Origin: Raillietiella orientalis
Lineage: Eukaryota
DNA: 64,000 bases
NCBI GenBank assembly: GCA_036172245.1
Contig: JAYWIR010000032.1
Span: 558,001-622,000 of the forward strand
Direction: 5' to 3'
The first letter of the stretch is position 1. Every line of letters begins with the position of its first letter. Under the pieces are notes generated by a model. It was not told the origin of the DNA and searched no databases. It saw only the letters and a list, made by a program, of their open reading frames with translations. Made by a program: the position numbers and the translations under genes. Shown here piece after piece: positions 26,740-39,481 of this stretch.

Positions 26740-27021
26740 CTATTCCTTCCCTCTTCATATGTTTCTCTACCATTCTTTACCTTCCCCTCCTCGTTACAGT
26801 TACCCTTTCCTCCCTCCAACTTTTCTCCTTTTTCTCCTTCTGTTCATCTTCTTCCTTCTCCTTCCACTTCCCTTGCTATGCTTCTCCTCCTCCCTTTCTT
26901 TTTTTTCCTTTTCTCCCTTCCTCCTCCTCCTCCTCCTCTCGTCATCTTCTTTCTCCTTCTGCCTTCTTCTCCCTTCCTTCCTCAGTTTGCTTCTAACGAG
27001 TTGTCTTTTCCACCCTTCCAG
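26740..27021 (+). promoter_or_regulatory. 3' splice region of the 9715-bp NR0A intron: extended polypyrimidine tract, branch point and acceptor
   Basis: ~250 nt of almost pure C/T, AG-free from 26800 to 26983; CTAAC branch motif at 26993-26997; acceptor TTCCAG ending 27021. Confidence 0.85.
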
Positions 27022-27927
27022 TCGTTCTTCGGGCGCACGTACAACAACCTGCAGACCCTGAACGAGTGCAAGAACCAGGGCCGATGCGTCATCGACAAGA
27101 AAAATCGCACTTCCTGCAAGGCGTGCCGGCTGAAGAAGTGCTTCGTGGTCGGCATGTCGAAGAGCGGCTCCCGGTACGGGCGACGCTCCAACTGGTTCAA
27201 GATGCACTGCTTGCTGCAGGAGCAGGCCGCCAAGCATGCGGGAGGCGGCGGCGGCGGTGGTGGTGGCGGTCCTGGGGAGGGCCAGCACAGGGGGCTCCCC
27301 TTTCCTGGGGGCTTCTCCTTCAATGCTCTCTTCAACTTGCACGACGGCGGACTGAAGGTCGTCGACAAGGACGCCTTCCTTCCCGCTCCCCCCTCTATGC
27401 TGTCTGCGTACGCCTCCGCTCCGGGAGGCGGTGGGGGGCCGACCGCCCTGGACCCACGAGCGGCCGCCGCAGCAGCCGCCGCCGCCGTCGACGCGGCTGC
27501 CGCGTCCATCCACCAGAGCCTCCTCTTTCCCACTCCGACCTACTCGCCAGGAGGCAAGGTCGCGGCCTTCTCCTTCGTGGAAGGCCGTCTTCCTTTCGCC
27601 GCCCCCGCCGCCTTCGCCTCCTGGGTCTCTCCAGTCCCCCGCCCGCCGCAGGAGATGGAAGAGGGCGGACGCTCCAAGGCGCATCCTCCGGATCTATCTC
27701 CACCCCACGGTGACCTCGGAGCGGGCGCGTCTCCTTCCTCGTCCCCGGCTGCCCCCGCCGCCGCTGTGGCGGGCAAGCGCGCTGGTGGCGCGGGCGGAAG
27801 CAACGGGGACTTCCCCATGGACCTCTCCCTGAAGACCGCACGCGGAGGCGGAGCCGCCCACTTCCTTTGCCAGCCCCAGGCGTCCGCCATGCCCCTGGAC
27901 CTCAGCAGGAAGGAAGAGATCCGGTGA
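27022..27927 (+). CDS. knrl: Knirps-family (NR0A) nuclear receptor, coding exon 2 (second zinc finger, kni-box, repression tail); spliced protein 327 aa
   Basis: [68 protein letters not shown] continues exon 1 in frame. Poly-Gly and poly-Ala tracts follow, then PPDLS (27685), PMDLS (27814) and PLDLS (27892); stop TGA 27925-27927. No ligand-binding domain, as expected for NR0A. Confidence 0.97.
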   Translation, partial: SFFGRTYNNLQTLNECKNQGRCVIDKKNRTSCKACRLKKCFVVGMSKSGSRYGRRSNWFKMHCLLQEQAAKHAGGGGGGGGGGPGEGQHRGLPFPGGFSFNALFNLHDGGLKVVDKDAFLPAPPSMLSAYASAPGGGGGPTALDPRAAAAAAAAAVDAAAASIHQSLLFPTPTYSPGGKVAAFSFVEGRLPFAAPAAFASWVSPVPRPPQEMEEGGRSKAHPPDLSPPHGDLGAGASPSSSPAAPAAAVAGKRAGGAGGSNGDFPMDLSLKTARGGGAAHFLCQPQASAMPLDLSRKEEIR

Positions 27928-28085
27928 CAGAGAGCCTTCCTCCCTCTTCCCACCGCGGTCACTCCGCCAGAGGCAGGAGGGAGGCATCCCCTCGTACCCC
28001 AGAGGAGCACTGCTGCCATCTAGTCAAACGCAAGCAACCCGTTGATCGCCCGGAGGGCGGACCGAAGAGCCCGCCGCACACCTCC

Positions 28086-28091
28086 AATAAA
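28086..28091 (+). terminator. Candidate polyadenylation signal of the NR0A gene
   Basis: AATAAA ~160 nt after the stop codon in otherwise GC-rich sequence. Confidence 0.45.
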
Positions 28092-31000
28092 GAAAGCTTC
28101 ACCGCCCGGCGCGCGGGCTTCGTCTTTGGGGAGCGCGCGCGCCAGCTAGGGATCCGAGAGACCCAGAAACTCCTTCAGAGGGAGTTTCAACTCCTTGATC
28201 CCGGCTTCCTGGTCAGCCCTCTACGGGTGGTTCTCGCTTCCCTGAGCAGAGCAGATGAAGGAACTGCGCGGGTGAAGCCTGCGGTGGTACCTTGACGTGG
28301 GCGGGCGACACTTTGTTGCCCCCACCTCCAGTCCTCTCCCTATGCCCGCCTTTGCTCTCTGGGATCGCCCGACCTCTCCTCTTTCTTCCTTGCACTCTTT
28401 ACTCCCACCTCTGCCCTCTCTTTCTTCGATGGAGGACCGCAGGAACGGCAGCGGCGCGCCCGCTCGGAAAAAGGGCAGAGCGCGCGCTGACCCAAGCCCA
28501 GCGCCACCACGTTCGCTGCCCAGATTCATTCTACCGAGGTTTATTGGAGAAGAAGGTTGCCTCTGGCACCCGGGAGCCGCCGCCCATTACTGCAGAGTCC
28601 CTGAATTGCTCCGTCTTGAGGCTGAACAAGAGGAGCTGCTTATCGTGTCCTTGCTTTGCCCTTCCCTTTCCCTTGTACCTGGGTCTCTGGTCCTAAAGCT
28701 TGCCCTCTTTAAGCCCCTCTCAAGGCCTCCCTGCTTCGCTCCCGTTCGTTCGGAGTGTGCGTCTCTCTGCCAGTGGGAACGTCCAGTGGGAACAGCCATT
28801 CTCTCCCAGGACGGTGGGGAGGGATCGGGGCTAGAGTGGCCCCTGTTTGCCGCCCGAAACGCTTATGCAAGAGAATACCGAGATAATAAGGTTTTGCCGA
28901 GAATACTCGCTGCGGGGTTTTAGAGACCGCCGAAGGGAACGGGAAGGGTTCCTGACGGGACGCACTCGGACATGCCCGTTCTTCCTTTTCTTCCTCCTCT
29001 TCCATTCCTCCACGAGTTCCCCGACCTCATAACTGCTGCTGCTTTTCCTCCCTTACTCTTCCTCTTGTCCTCTTTTTCCTCTCCTTCCACCCTTCCCTTT
29101 TCTTTACTTCCTTATCTTCCTCCTCCCTTTATCTTCTTTCGCATTCGAGGAGGAAATTCGAGGAGGCAGGAGGAGACCCTTGCCTTGCCCTCACCGTTCT
29201 CCATCTGCCCTGTTCCCGGAGCCTCGAGTGGTCGAAACGGAACTTGGAGGCATGACCGTTGGGTAAGGGAAGAGGGGAATTTCATAGCAAAAAACCGGGG
29301 TGAGGAAGCCGCCTCCTTCCCGGCCCTCCTGTCTCGGGCAGCGCCCGGCTTCCGCAAAGGCACTCAAACGGAAAGAGTTATCTGCGGAAGCAGCCTCAGG
29401 GGTCGCGTGCCCTGGGGCAGGGGCTCCCCCTTCTCCTGCCTTTCCTCGATGGCGGTGCGGCCGCGAAGGCTCAACAGCGGGGAGGGTAGGGAGCCGTACC
29501 CTCCCACCGCTCCGCGTGGAGGGGCCACGCCTGATGAACCTGGAGGATACGGGGTCTCTTGGGACCTCCCTGGTCTCCCTAATTTGTCCTCCGAGAAGGT
29601 CTCTGGCCTCAGGGAGCGCCTCCTAGGGAGATTTTCGTTCCTCCCCTTCCTGCCTCCGAGCGCCCTTCTGGCAGCCGGGAGGAAAGTCCTTCCCATCCGC
29701 TCCTCCTTTCCTTGCTGGCAGCCGGGAGAGAGTCATCGGCTGGGTCGCCGCCCCCTGCTACCCCCGCTCTCGCCCACCCTCCTCCCCCTGCGTGCCTTCG
29801 GCCGGCCCGCTAATCCGCAGGCGCTCCGGGCGACAGGACCAGCCGTCCCTGCGCTAATTAAAAATTCCGCGGGCGGCCGCCCCCTGGCGAAGCCCCGATT
29901 TATGGCTTCCTGCGAGTCCGTCCCGGGAGAGGTAGGCGGCGCCCCCACCCTCCAGGACCGCCTCTGGGAAGTGTGCCGGCGAGTTGCGGCCGTCTCCGGG
30001 CCAGCCGCTCGGAGTGTTCCGCAACCGCGGCACATCCCGCGGGAAGGGAACTTCCTTCCCTCTCTTCACCATTCCTCCTCCTCCGTTTCTTCCCTCCGGC
30101 AACGAACGGCGGAGGTCGGGCGACCCGTTCCTGCCTGAGCGGTGGATCCTCGCGCAGCTCTTTCCGCGGATTCTGCACAGTCATCCGCCGATAAATCATC
30201 CCTAGCGGGGGCGATCTCTCAATCGACGACGGTCTCCTCTGAAGGAATACCCTGACGACGGGAGGCCCCACACCCGGAGAGGGCGCCGGGTCATCTTGCC
30301 TCGCTGCGGGTGCCCGTCCGCCAGACGGAGCCAATCCGAAGTCCAGGAGCGCTCGGAGGGGGAAGCGGCAGCTGCCGGCCGGGAGCCGTGGCAGCTGGGA
30401 GGCCTCCTGGCCACCGCTGCGGCGGGAAGGTCCGGGAACGCCGCTGCCGCCGGGCAGCATGCCCAGTGCTGCCCGCGCGCCTCAGCGTAACGAGGGGCGG
30501 AGCGCACGTCCACGGCTTCGGCGCTCAGGACCGGCGCGCTCGAGGGCCGGCCGCCTGCCCCAGAGAGAGGGGCGCTCCGGAGGCAGCCCGCGTGACCTCA
30601 ATCGGTTTCCTACCGGAGGAACAAAGGACGACGGAGCAGGGAAGACGCGGTTTCCTCCCCCTCCCCCCCACTCCTCCTCCCAGGGGACGCCTGGATTGAT
30701 TAATGGAAATGAGGCGACGGGAACCGGCCAAACAGAAACAAATAAGGGAAATTGAATTTTCGGCAGGCCCCCGTGCGCCGTTTGCAGCGGCCGGCCCGCC
30801 GCGGCAGCTCAGGCGCCGCTCTCAATTAGGCGCGGGGCGCCCCGCGCGCCGCGGCGTGGAAAGCCCGCCGTTGCCGGGCGACTAGCACGCTTCCGCGCGC
30901 GGGCCGGGAGAGCGACCTCGGGGCTGCGCGGCCGGCCGCTTCCCGGGGAGCTCAGACGCCTCGGTGGAGGAAAGGGGGAGGAAAAGTAGCGCGAGAATGA

Positions 31001-32655
31001 CTACCCTTGTGGGGTACATCCGAGCGCTCGTCCACCTATCTCCTCACCGCCAGCGGAAAGCGACTGCTCAACGGCGGCGAAAAACACCCAGACAACTTCC
31101 CCCGTTCCTGCCCCTCCCCGCGAGGATCGGCAGCATCCTCTCCGATCGCCGAAACGGCGGCTCGGTCACTGCTGCTGACCCCATCCTGCTACTTCGGGTC
31201 GCGGTGAATGCGAGGGAGCAGCTCAAGTCGAAGTCTGGGAGGGTCCTCGTCAGGGGAAAGGAACGGGGTAAGGGGGTTGCGGTGAAAGGACGATCGTGAG
31301 AAAACGGAGCGACCCTTTCTGTTTCTGGCCGGCGGTTGCGCTTCTCCTCTCGCCCGCGGTAACCCTGCTGGGGAACTCCGAGTGACCGGATAGCGCCGTG
31401 CTGCCCTTAGAGGTCTTAGTTGCCAGATACAGCTTCGGGTTGTCCTCCACTCCCGGAAGCTGGTCACAACTTGTGCTTCCCGTTCTCCTCGCCAACGGTC
31501 GGGAAGATCCCGAGCAGTCGGCTCCTTGATTGCACAGAGATTTCCTTCCGGGAAACCTTGAGGTGGATTCCCAGGACTTTCCTTGCCCAACGCAAAGCTC
31601 CAGAGCTGCCGACGGCTTCCGGCCTCTTCGGAAACGAGACTCACTTTTCAACCCCACCTCTCCTATCGGGAGCTGCAGCAGAGATAGCCCGGGCTTCGAA
31701 TCCATTCGCACATCTTGCAGCGGTTCTCATGGGATGACCTTGCATTTGATTCCCGTATCGGCTGAATCATTCCCACAAACTTGGCCAAGTAAAAGAAATG
31801 CACGCTCATCTGTCTTTTCCAAGTTCGGGTGATGAATTACCAGGGGCGAGAAAAAGGAAAAAAACGAAAAGCAAAAAAAAAAAACAAAAACAAACGAGGC
31901 AATGTTTATTCTTTTCAGGAAAGTTTGAGATGAAGGCAGTCTCGCCGGAATTAATTTATGTAGATGAAATCATCTTTATTTATGAAAATTGGCATTTTTT
32001 CCTCCTCCTCATTCGTTAAAGTACACAACGATCGAAAGCAAAACAACGCGGTTCGTTATCCTTGCGAGCACAGCGTCGGGATACTCGGCAGCATCCTCGT
32101 ACACGGAAATGATTGACAAGTTCTCACGGCAAAGGAAAATCATCCAAGTGAGCACTTTTGTAACCATCGCGCGCTGTGCTTTCGAAGGAAATCTTTCTCT
32201 TGCTTCAGATCGCGTGCTGCTCAATGGGCTCACTGCATTCTCTGCAGCTTCGGCTGGAAGACATCGGACAGGAATTTGAATGTTCAAGTTCACTGGTGCT
32301 TCCGATATCGTCAGGTGCCCCACGAAAATCTCCGGTTGCTTTTCGCGAGCAGCTTCACGTTAGGTTGACAAGTGATCCCACGCGGTGGCTACACCAATGC
32401 GTCCGCTATATCCTTGCCATACCATCATTGCATTACCTCGTGAACATCGTTGGCAGATTGATCTCTTTCTCGTCGCAAAGCATTGTTTTCTAAGGTCCCC
32501 AGTGGTCTCGATTACGGACAAAAGTCTGTTTTCATGCTCGTGAACTAAGCAGGTTGCAACAATCGGCGCTGCAACTTTTAGAGATTCAAAAATGTAGATG
32601 CCAATGGGCCTTGTAAGTTTGCATTTAAAACGTATTTCATTATCGGGCAATGAGT

Positions 32656-32910
32656 CTTCCCAAGCCTTTCGTCGAGTGTTTCATTGTTGAGCAGCGAATC
32701 TTTCAAAGCCTTTCGTCGAGTGCTTCATTGTTGAGCAGCGAATCTTTCAAAGCCTTTCGTCGAGTGCTTCATTGTTGAGCAGCGAATCTTTCCAAGCCTT
32801 TCGTCGAGTGTTTCATTGTTGAGCAGCGAATCTTTCAAAGCCTTTCGTCGAGTGCTTCATTGTTGAGCAGCGAATCTTTCCAAGCCTTTCGTCGAGTGTT
32901 TCATTGTTGA
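32656..32910. repeat. Minisatellite, 44-bp unit x ~5.7
   Basis: (C/A)AAGCCTTTCGTCGAGTG(T/C)TTCATTGTTGAGCAGCGAATCTTTC repeated head-to-tail with no unique spacers. Confidence 0.97.
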
Positions 32911-33699
32911 ACACTTTGATTGCCGAATCGCGGAGGGCACTTCGAATTCAGGGAATCGCGAATTCAGCAAGTGTGGCATTGCTGCGAAAAATTCCTTCCA
33001 CAAAACATTTCGCTGCATGACTTCAGCTCAAACACATTAAAGAAAAAGTCCCTCAATCCCAAGAGCATAGCGACACCTGCATGCATTCCTCAGCCCCTTG
33101 AATGATGTCTTTTTTGGAAATGGACATAAACATTCGCTTTTGAACTTCCAGAAAATCTGCGCTTTTCGAAACACTCTCGAAAGATCTATTGCAATTAGAA
33201 TGGAAATGAATCTCTGAAGCGTGATCTTGTAAGGAACTGCTCTCTGATTTCAGAGTATTTCGAAATGGGAAGATCCGAATATACGGTAGAGCTTATTAGT
33301 CGAACTCTTAACGTAGTCAGATTTCTAAGCTTCACTTGCTTTCGTGCTAACACGTAATGGAGAAACGGCCTTCTGAAGTACCATGCTGAGAGCCATAGGA
33401 AGAAAGGCATCCTAAGAAAGTCATCCTAAATTGAATGTAAGTGTGAACGAAATTCATGAAATGAAATCAACTGCAAACATAATTAATTGCTAATTCATAT
33501 GATCAGAAGTAAACAAAAAAAACACTTATTCGTCTTCATTTGATTCCCACGAAGCGGCTGCATCTTAAAAGACACAGTGCTCATAAAAGGAAAAACAGGA
33601 AATTGGAAGTGTTTCGACAAGACTTGGCCAGTGCATGATGCTTGGTTTTGTTTTTGAAGGGATTCAGCTCAACCTGACTTTGTGGATGCTTCCAGGTTT

Positions 33700-34150
33700 G
33701 CGGATGCTCATCAACACATGTGCTTTTGCACCTCACGAGCAGGCTGCCTGTGTACATAGGACAGGAGCCAGTCATCCATTCGAGTTTCCAAAATCACGGT
33801 TGACGTTCTTTCGTTTTGTGTCATCTTCCGAATCATGGAAGCGTCACGCGCTGATGCAGGCTAACCTGAATTGGGGTTCCCATGGTGATCCACAGCTTAC
33901 ATTTCCAAGATGCGGGAAAAGGAGAACGGAGCCAAAAGAACAAAATTTGATGATGGGAGCTAAAAGAAGATTTTCGCACTGGATCCATGTCACTTTGTAA
34001 AAAAACCCATTCCGGTGAGGACGATGCTCTTCGAGCGGATGTTTGCGGTGAGCGTGTTCGACACATCGCTGGCAAGTCAGAGTTCACGTGCAGCGTGATC
34101 TTAGAACTTTTTCCCCGAAAAGAGGGGGGTGCTCGCGTTGTCGACGTGAC
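33700..34150 (+). pseudogene. Possible heavily decayed C2H2 zinc-finger gene fragment
   Basis: Linker/finger-like remnants VHRTGASHPFE..KRH, HGDPQLTFPRCGKR, THSGEDDALRADVCGE and AGKSEFTCSV across two frames; most Cys/His ligands are lost. Confidence 0.3.
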
Positions 34151-34932
34151 CAGCTGCAGTCCAAAACAGCCATGCGTAATCCAGCCACGACAGCTCAAAA
34201 CCAAAATTTATCGACTCGAGAACCCTGGAAGCGTAATGCTCCGTACGTGGAGCAGTCGAAGAATCATTCCAAGGATTCCATTCAGATGCTGGAACCATCC
34301 CAATGCAATTTCATTGAATTGCGTTCAGAGCGGAGGGCAGAGGGACTAAAGGGAATCTGGAGAAAGGGCTTCCATGATACTCCACGACCGCAGCACGACT
34401 TCCAAGGGGATGCGTGGAACGCTTTGGGATGCTTGTCAGAATGGTTTCGCTGCAGATGTTTTCGCGCGAAGACCGTCCCAAAGTTCCCGCAGGATCTCCC
34501 TCTCGCTAAGCGTGAAAATAAAATAAGTCTGCCATCTTTGCAGAGAAAACCATCGAAAGCGACCAATCATGTACGTCTCTCACCAGTTCACTGCTTTAGC
34601 CTTTTGGGTCTCCACTTCCATCCCAAATACATCTGAAGACTCTCCCTGTCTTCGGCATTCTCAAACTCAATCACAATTATTTTTATTTTCGAGGAAGATA
34701 TCGCCGGTTAATTATGGAAAACGCCGAGGAACAGCATTATGCACCATTTCAATCAAGCTCACCATTTGGGAATGGCTCTAAACCTATCATCATCATGTAA
34801 TTTCGTAAGCCGATCGTGAGCTCATCGACTATACTATAACTGCAGTTTATCACTTTAAAGCACCAAATCCAAAAGCCTTTATGAATAAAAATCTGGAAGC
34901 ACGTGCTTGGTGGGAAGGCGATGCATGATGAA

Positions 34933-34998
34933 GATCAGCGACGACATGGATGGGTGGGCGTCTTGGATGACGCCCACCCTTCCATGTCGCCACTGATC
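34933..34998. other. Long hairpin (30-bp arms, 6-nt loop)
   Basis: GATCAGCGACGACATGGATGGGTGGGCGTC-TTGGAT-GACGCCCACCCTTCCATGTCGCCACTGATC; 3 mismatches. Confidence 0.9.
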
Positions 34999-36914
34999 AA
35001 GCTCCAATTAATCCATAATCTGTTCTTTCCTTCTCTCAGATAAGGGCACAGGAGCTAGTGTGAATCCTTGTTTCATCTGGGATCCAGAATTCGATGTATT
35101 CTTGAAGCATCCAAGATTTCTTACCACCCTGGAAACCGGAGTCTTAAAGAAACTATTCAGATGCTGGAAGATTGTTGTCCTTCCCAGTGAAAATCATGAT
35201 CCACGTCAGTACGGCTCACCAGGATACATCCCCCATGTAAAGTGCTCCATGGGAACGCGCGGGTATCAGCCATTTGGTGAATTGAAGATGTCAAGGGTTG
35301 ACGGTGGGCAGCAAGTCAATAAAAATCCATTGCTGCTGACCGCAGTGGATATCAAAACCATCGTTGCTTCGTGATTTGCCAACACTCTTTCCAGGTGGAT
35401 CCTTTTCGTTCGCGTCATCCTTTGAGCAGATGCCTAGGAGATAGCAATTGTTCAAGATATCTTTCCGCGAGACATTTCCGTTCTTTCTGAACTAGTGTAA
35501 ATGCAAGCCACAAGCACGGGCATCATGCCGTGGGTTTATTCTTGCGGATTTATCGTTTTCACAAATCCCATGACAATCATGCTGCACGATTTATGGTGAA
35601 AGATAAGCCCATTTCTTTATTAACGATACACCAACTCAGGTAAACAAATGGTTCACCCGCAGAGACTCTGCTTGTTTTCATAATCACAGCCCAAGAAGCC
35701 AACACACACAACATTTTTCGCCGTCAATTAAGATAGCTTTCATGAGCAGCAAAGCGGGGAGAACCGAAATATCTGGAAATTGCTCTGCTGGCGCTCGAAA
35801 AGAGTGGACGTTCGGCGTTTAGCAAATTTAGCGCAGCTTCTGTTCATTTGCAAGAATTCATCCTGAACAGCTCATTGTAAAGAGTGAAAACATTTTTCTA
35901 AAAGGTGCCCTTCGTATAAGGTCGTCCTACTGGACTCTCGAGCCAATGGTGCCCCCAATCCGATGCGGAGGACGCTATCTTGTCTTAAAGCAGATTTTCA
36001 GCACATCGGAAAGCTCCTGTCTTTGGCAAGATATTTTCCTGCCCCCTTACTTTGTCGTGTTAAAAGCTGAAAACCCAGTTACGTTTCTCTTGACTACAAG
36101 ACTGACCATCCAGTGTCTTCTTAGTTTCCTCTTCCGATGCTGGAAGAAGAAAAAGAAAAAAAAACAAAGAATGAAATCGGGCCTTTGCTTGCTTCTTGAA
36201 CCAAGTGCAAGAGAAAGCAGAGGTCAAGCACGGGTCATACGAAAAAGCAAGGTGGTGTAACCAAAAGCACATATGCTACAGAGGCTGCATGTTCCAGCAG
36301 AAGAATGCAAAGAAGGGTTGTTTGAAATCAAAAGTGAATTTGAAACCTGAGAAAGAAGCAAAGCCTGTTAATCAAGGAACAGCTGCAGCAGTGAATTGTT
36401 AGCTTTACATCTCGCAAGCATATTAAGATATTCTTGGGAGGGTCTCACAGGGCTATGAAACCATAGAAACCCTGATCTTGAAAGACAACGGTTTTTCGTT
36501 GCACACTTTGCACCGATCCGCAGGGCAATCAACAAATAGAGTGTACTGTTCGTTCTTGAGGATTTCTCCGAACCAACCTGCATCCCAAACTGGAGACAAA
36601 TTACACCCTTGGCTCCCAGTTGTTCCACGGATGCAGACACGAAAAGCCGGAAGATGGTTTGGATCACAAGACATGCCGGCTGCTTCGAGCAAACCGACAG
36701 GAGATCTGTGTTCCATCTAGGTTTCTCGGTTCAAGGAGCTGAAAGGTGCTCAGCATAAACAAATGGAAATTTTAAGTCCGCTCTTGGGAAAAAGATAATC
36801 CTTAGACGCGAGATGAACGAAGAATTGAACGTGGCTATAGATACTGTCCGCTCATCCAGGCTTCACGCGTAAGCCCACTGACTGTTGCGAAAATCTTTAA
36901 TCATTACCACTTCT

Positions 36915-37034
36915 GGATTGAAGCTCGATACTTATCTTGCTGACAGCCAAAATTCCATGGTCATAAGGGAACGGATTGAAGCTCGATACTTATCTTGCTG
37001 ACAGCCAAAATTCCATGGTCATAAGGGAACGGAT
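36915..37034. repeat. Perfect 58-bp tandem duplication
   Basis: GGATTGAAGCTCGATACTTATCTTGCTGACAGCCAAAATTCCATGGTCATAAGGGAAC at 36915 and 36973. Confidence 0.97.
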
Positions 37035-39481
37035 GAGAACATTCCATAGAACTGTTTCTCCGACACAGATGTATGTACTCCTTGCTCTCATGCATTTACA
37101 CTCCTGGCATTCAGTATCAGTTTACGATAAGGGAAAGGTGGACCTTTTTCCCGTGGCACCATCTAAATAGGGTGGGTTTCTCGGGGGTCTGTCGAAAGAG
37201 CTCGATGCGACCATTCGGAAACACAGCTCGGCAGCAGAGATTTCGAGTTGTACTGACTGTTAGTATTGCGGCCGTGGGGCAATGGTTCTTTCTGCTCTTG
37301 CGCAAGGGTTCCTCCTCTGCAGCTTTGTTCCGTGCGCGGCTGCACACTCTTACAGCGGCTGCTGCTGGATTTGGATGGGACTTCGATCTTAGGAGAAAGC
37401 TGAAGATCGTCGTCCACTTTCGTTCCTGGAACTCTCTTCCTAATTGCAAGTAGATTACGCGGATGCTGGAGATCCCTTTCGGAACGAGGCCATTCCGTTT
37501 GATTTCCATTTGGTCACCTGCATGAGCATGCTTGGAATTTCAAAGATCTGCACTCATGTTCCACAAATTGCCTATGCTGAGGAAGCGCGTGTGAGACTTG
37601 GCATGGCTTGATGTGTGCCCCGTGGAAAGCTGCTGTCTTTTTTTCGCTCAACGTGCTGCCCATTCCTTCCTGCTACCATTCTACTTGAAAAACAATTCTG
37701 AAGCAAACTGTGAGGGAAGATTTTCGCCTTCACTGGCAGCTTCTTAGGGTCTGTTTCCATCCAGAACGAGTCCCTCTGTGCACTCACGAACCTGGGTATG
37801 CGTAAGGCGTTGTTGGTGGTTTGGGACTCTCTCCGAAGAAGAGGATTTGATGAGAAACATGATTTTTTACCAGCAAGGAGGGAAATAATGACAAGACTGG
37901 AAAAACAAAAGTGAATGATGTCCGAGAGGGACTGCAGCAGGAATAGCAGCTCATAGAAAGAGAAGATGGATCGTCTTGAATCTGGTTACCTAGGGAATCA
38001 TTCCCACGAATTAAGAGCAAGATCTCAGTTCGACATCTGAAGAAGAGGACACTTCTGAATTTTCGTAATTCTTTTTAGCAATGATAAAGCTTTGAATTCA
38101 AGTAAAGCCCAAAGATATAGTGCAATCTTCCCCGTGGAAAGGCCGCAATAGCATCGGCTAAAAAACAGACATCTGCTCAGAAGAATCTTTCGGACTGAAA
38201 GGGAACTTCAGGATTACTCTGGGATAATCTTGCAAAAAGGAACCTGTAACGTGCACAGGATAAACAGACGTCTTTTGTGATCCACGAAAACATCCCGCCA
38301 CGAGAAACTCATTCGGTATCCGATTGCAGTTGACGATTCGGTCACGGCATGCCGGAGACCACGCACCTTTGGAACCCGCCGAGGAAAACACGCTCTAAAG
38401 GTGCGTTCTGTGGCTTCCGAAAATGCACTGAGCACGTAGGCAAGGAGACTTCAGAAGTTCCGAGACGTAGGCAAATATAAAACGCCCCGAAAAGATCTTT
38501 CACTTCTCCAGTAGCTGGTCATCTCCCGTTGTAGACAGTTTCGTCGCGCATGTGTACGCAGGCGCATTACGATCTGTTCCACTTCCTTGTATTGTGTTTC
38601 CGTTCCTCACATTCATGCGGAATGCACTGCGAATGAAGATCGAGAGCACCGTGCTGTTCTCATGGACCTTTGCTCCACATCAGGCCTCCAGAATTCCGCT
38701 GGAGAACTGGCATCGAGATCCGAGCCGACGACGTTTCCAGACGAGCTGGCAACCAGACCCTTGCACCCTCCTTGCCGCCAGCCCTGTGATGGCTCACCGG
38801 AGCCTGCCCTCTTCAGGAGCACTCCGGAAGGCAGTGGGTGGCAGCTTTGGGCCCGACGCATGCATGAGATCTGTCCACTTTAAGTAGTTGCTTCCGTGGT
38901 CACTCTACCCTGCTGTTCATAGCAACCTACACATTTCATGGGATCTGATGGGTGCGTAACTCGACGTCTGTTTGATCTCCCAGAACCAATTCTGTTTGCC
39001 AGAATGCATTTACTAGTGGCATTCAAGGATCCAGTGTCCAGCGTTCCAGAAAGCCTGACTTCTTGCTCATCTGAATTTCGAGAACGCTTTGCTTCCGCGT
39101 CGACGAGCGGGGCAGCTATCTTGGGACGGTTGCGATGACGGTGACGGTAGCGATGGATGACAATGATGGAAGGTGACGTTCGCAATGGTGATGATTAATG
39201 ATGTCTGTGATGGCGACGACGGAAACGATAAAGCCTTGGAGATACCTACTGGTTTCATCCTTCTCCCATTCCAGTTTCGAGCTCTTAAGACCGATTTGCG
39301 CGTTAGGATGGCTGCAGGCATTCACCAGAGTCACGTCTAGAGGCCTCTCGACGGGAGCTGCAATTGCAACCATGAAGTTGCATCCGTGCCATCGTTGCGG
39401 CACGACAGCTGCTGAAAATCACCACGCAACGAAGGGAGGTCACTTGGATGGCCCCACCTACATCAGGGCGGCTGCAAGGCC

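Noticed and set aside
26647..27021. N-terminal 125 aa of the 426-aa ORF as real coding sequence
   Set aside because: It is the translated polypyrimidine tract; homology begins exactly at the acceptor (SFFGR, 27022).
28972..30138. 388-aa ORF downstream of the NR0A gene
   Set aside because: GTG start, low-complexity pyrimidine-rich beginning, no domain; expected by chance in very GC-rich DNA.
32656..32910. Regular 44-bp repeats (and the 58-bp array at 7945-8150) as a CRISPR array
   Set aside because: Units are contiguous with no unique spacers, there are no cas genes, and the context is eukaryotic; these are ordinary minisatellites.
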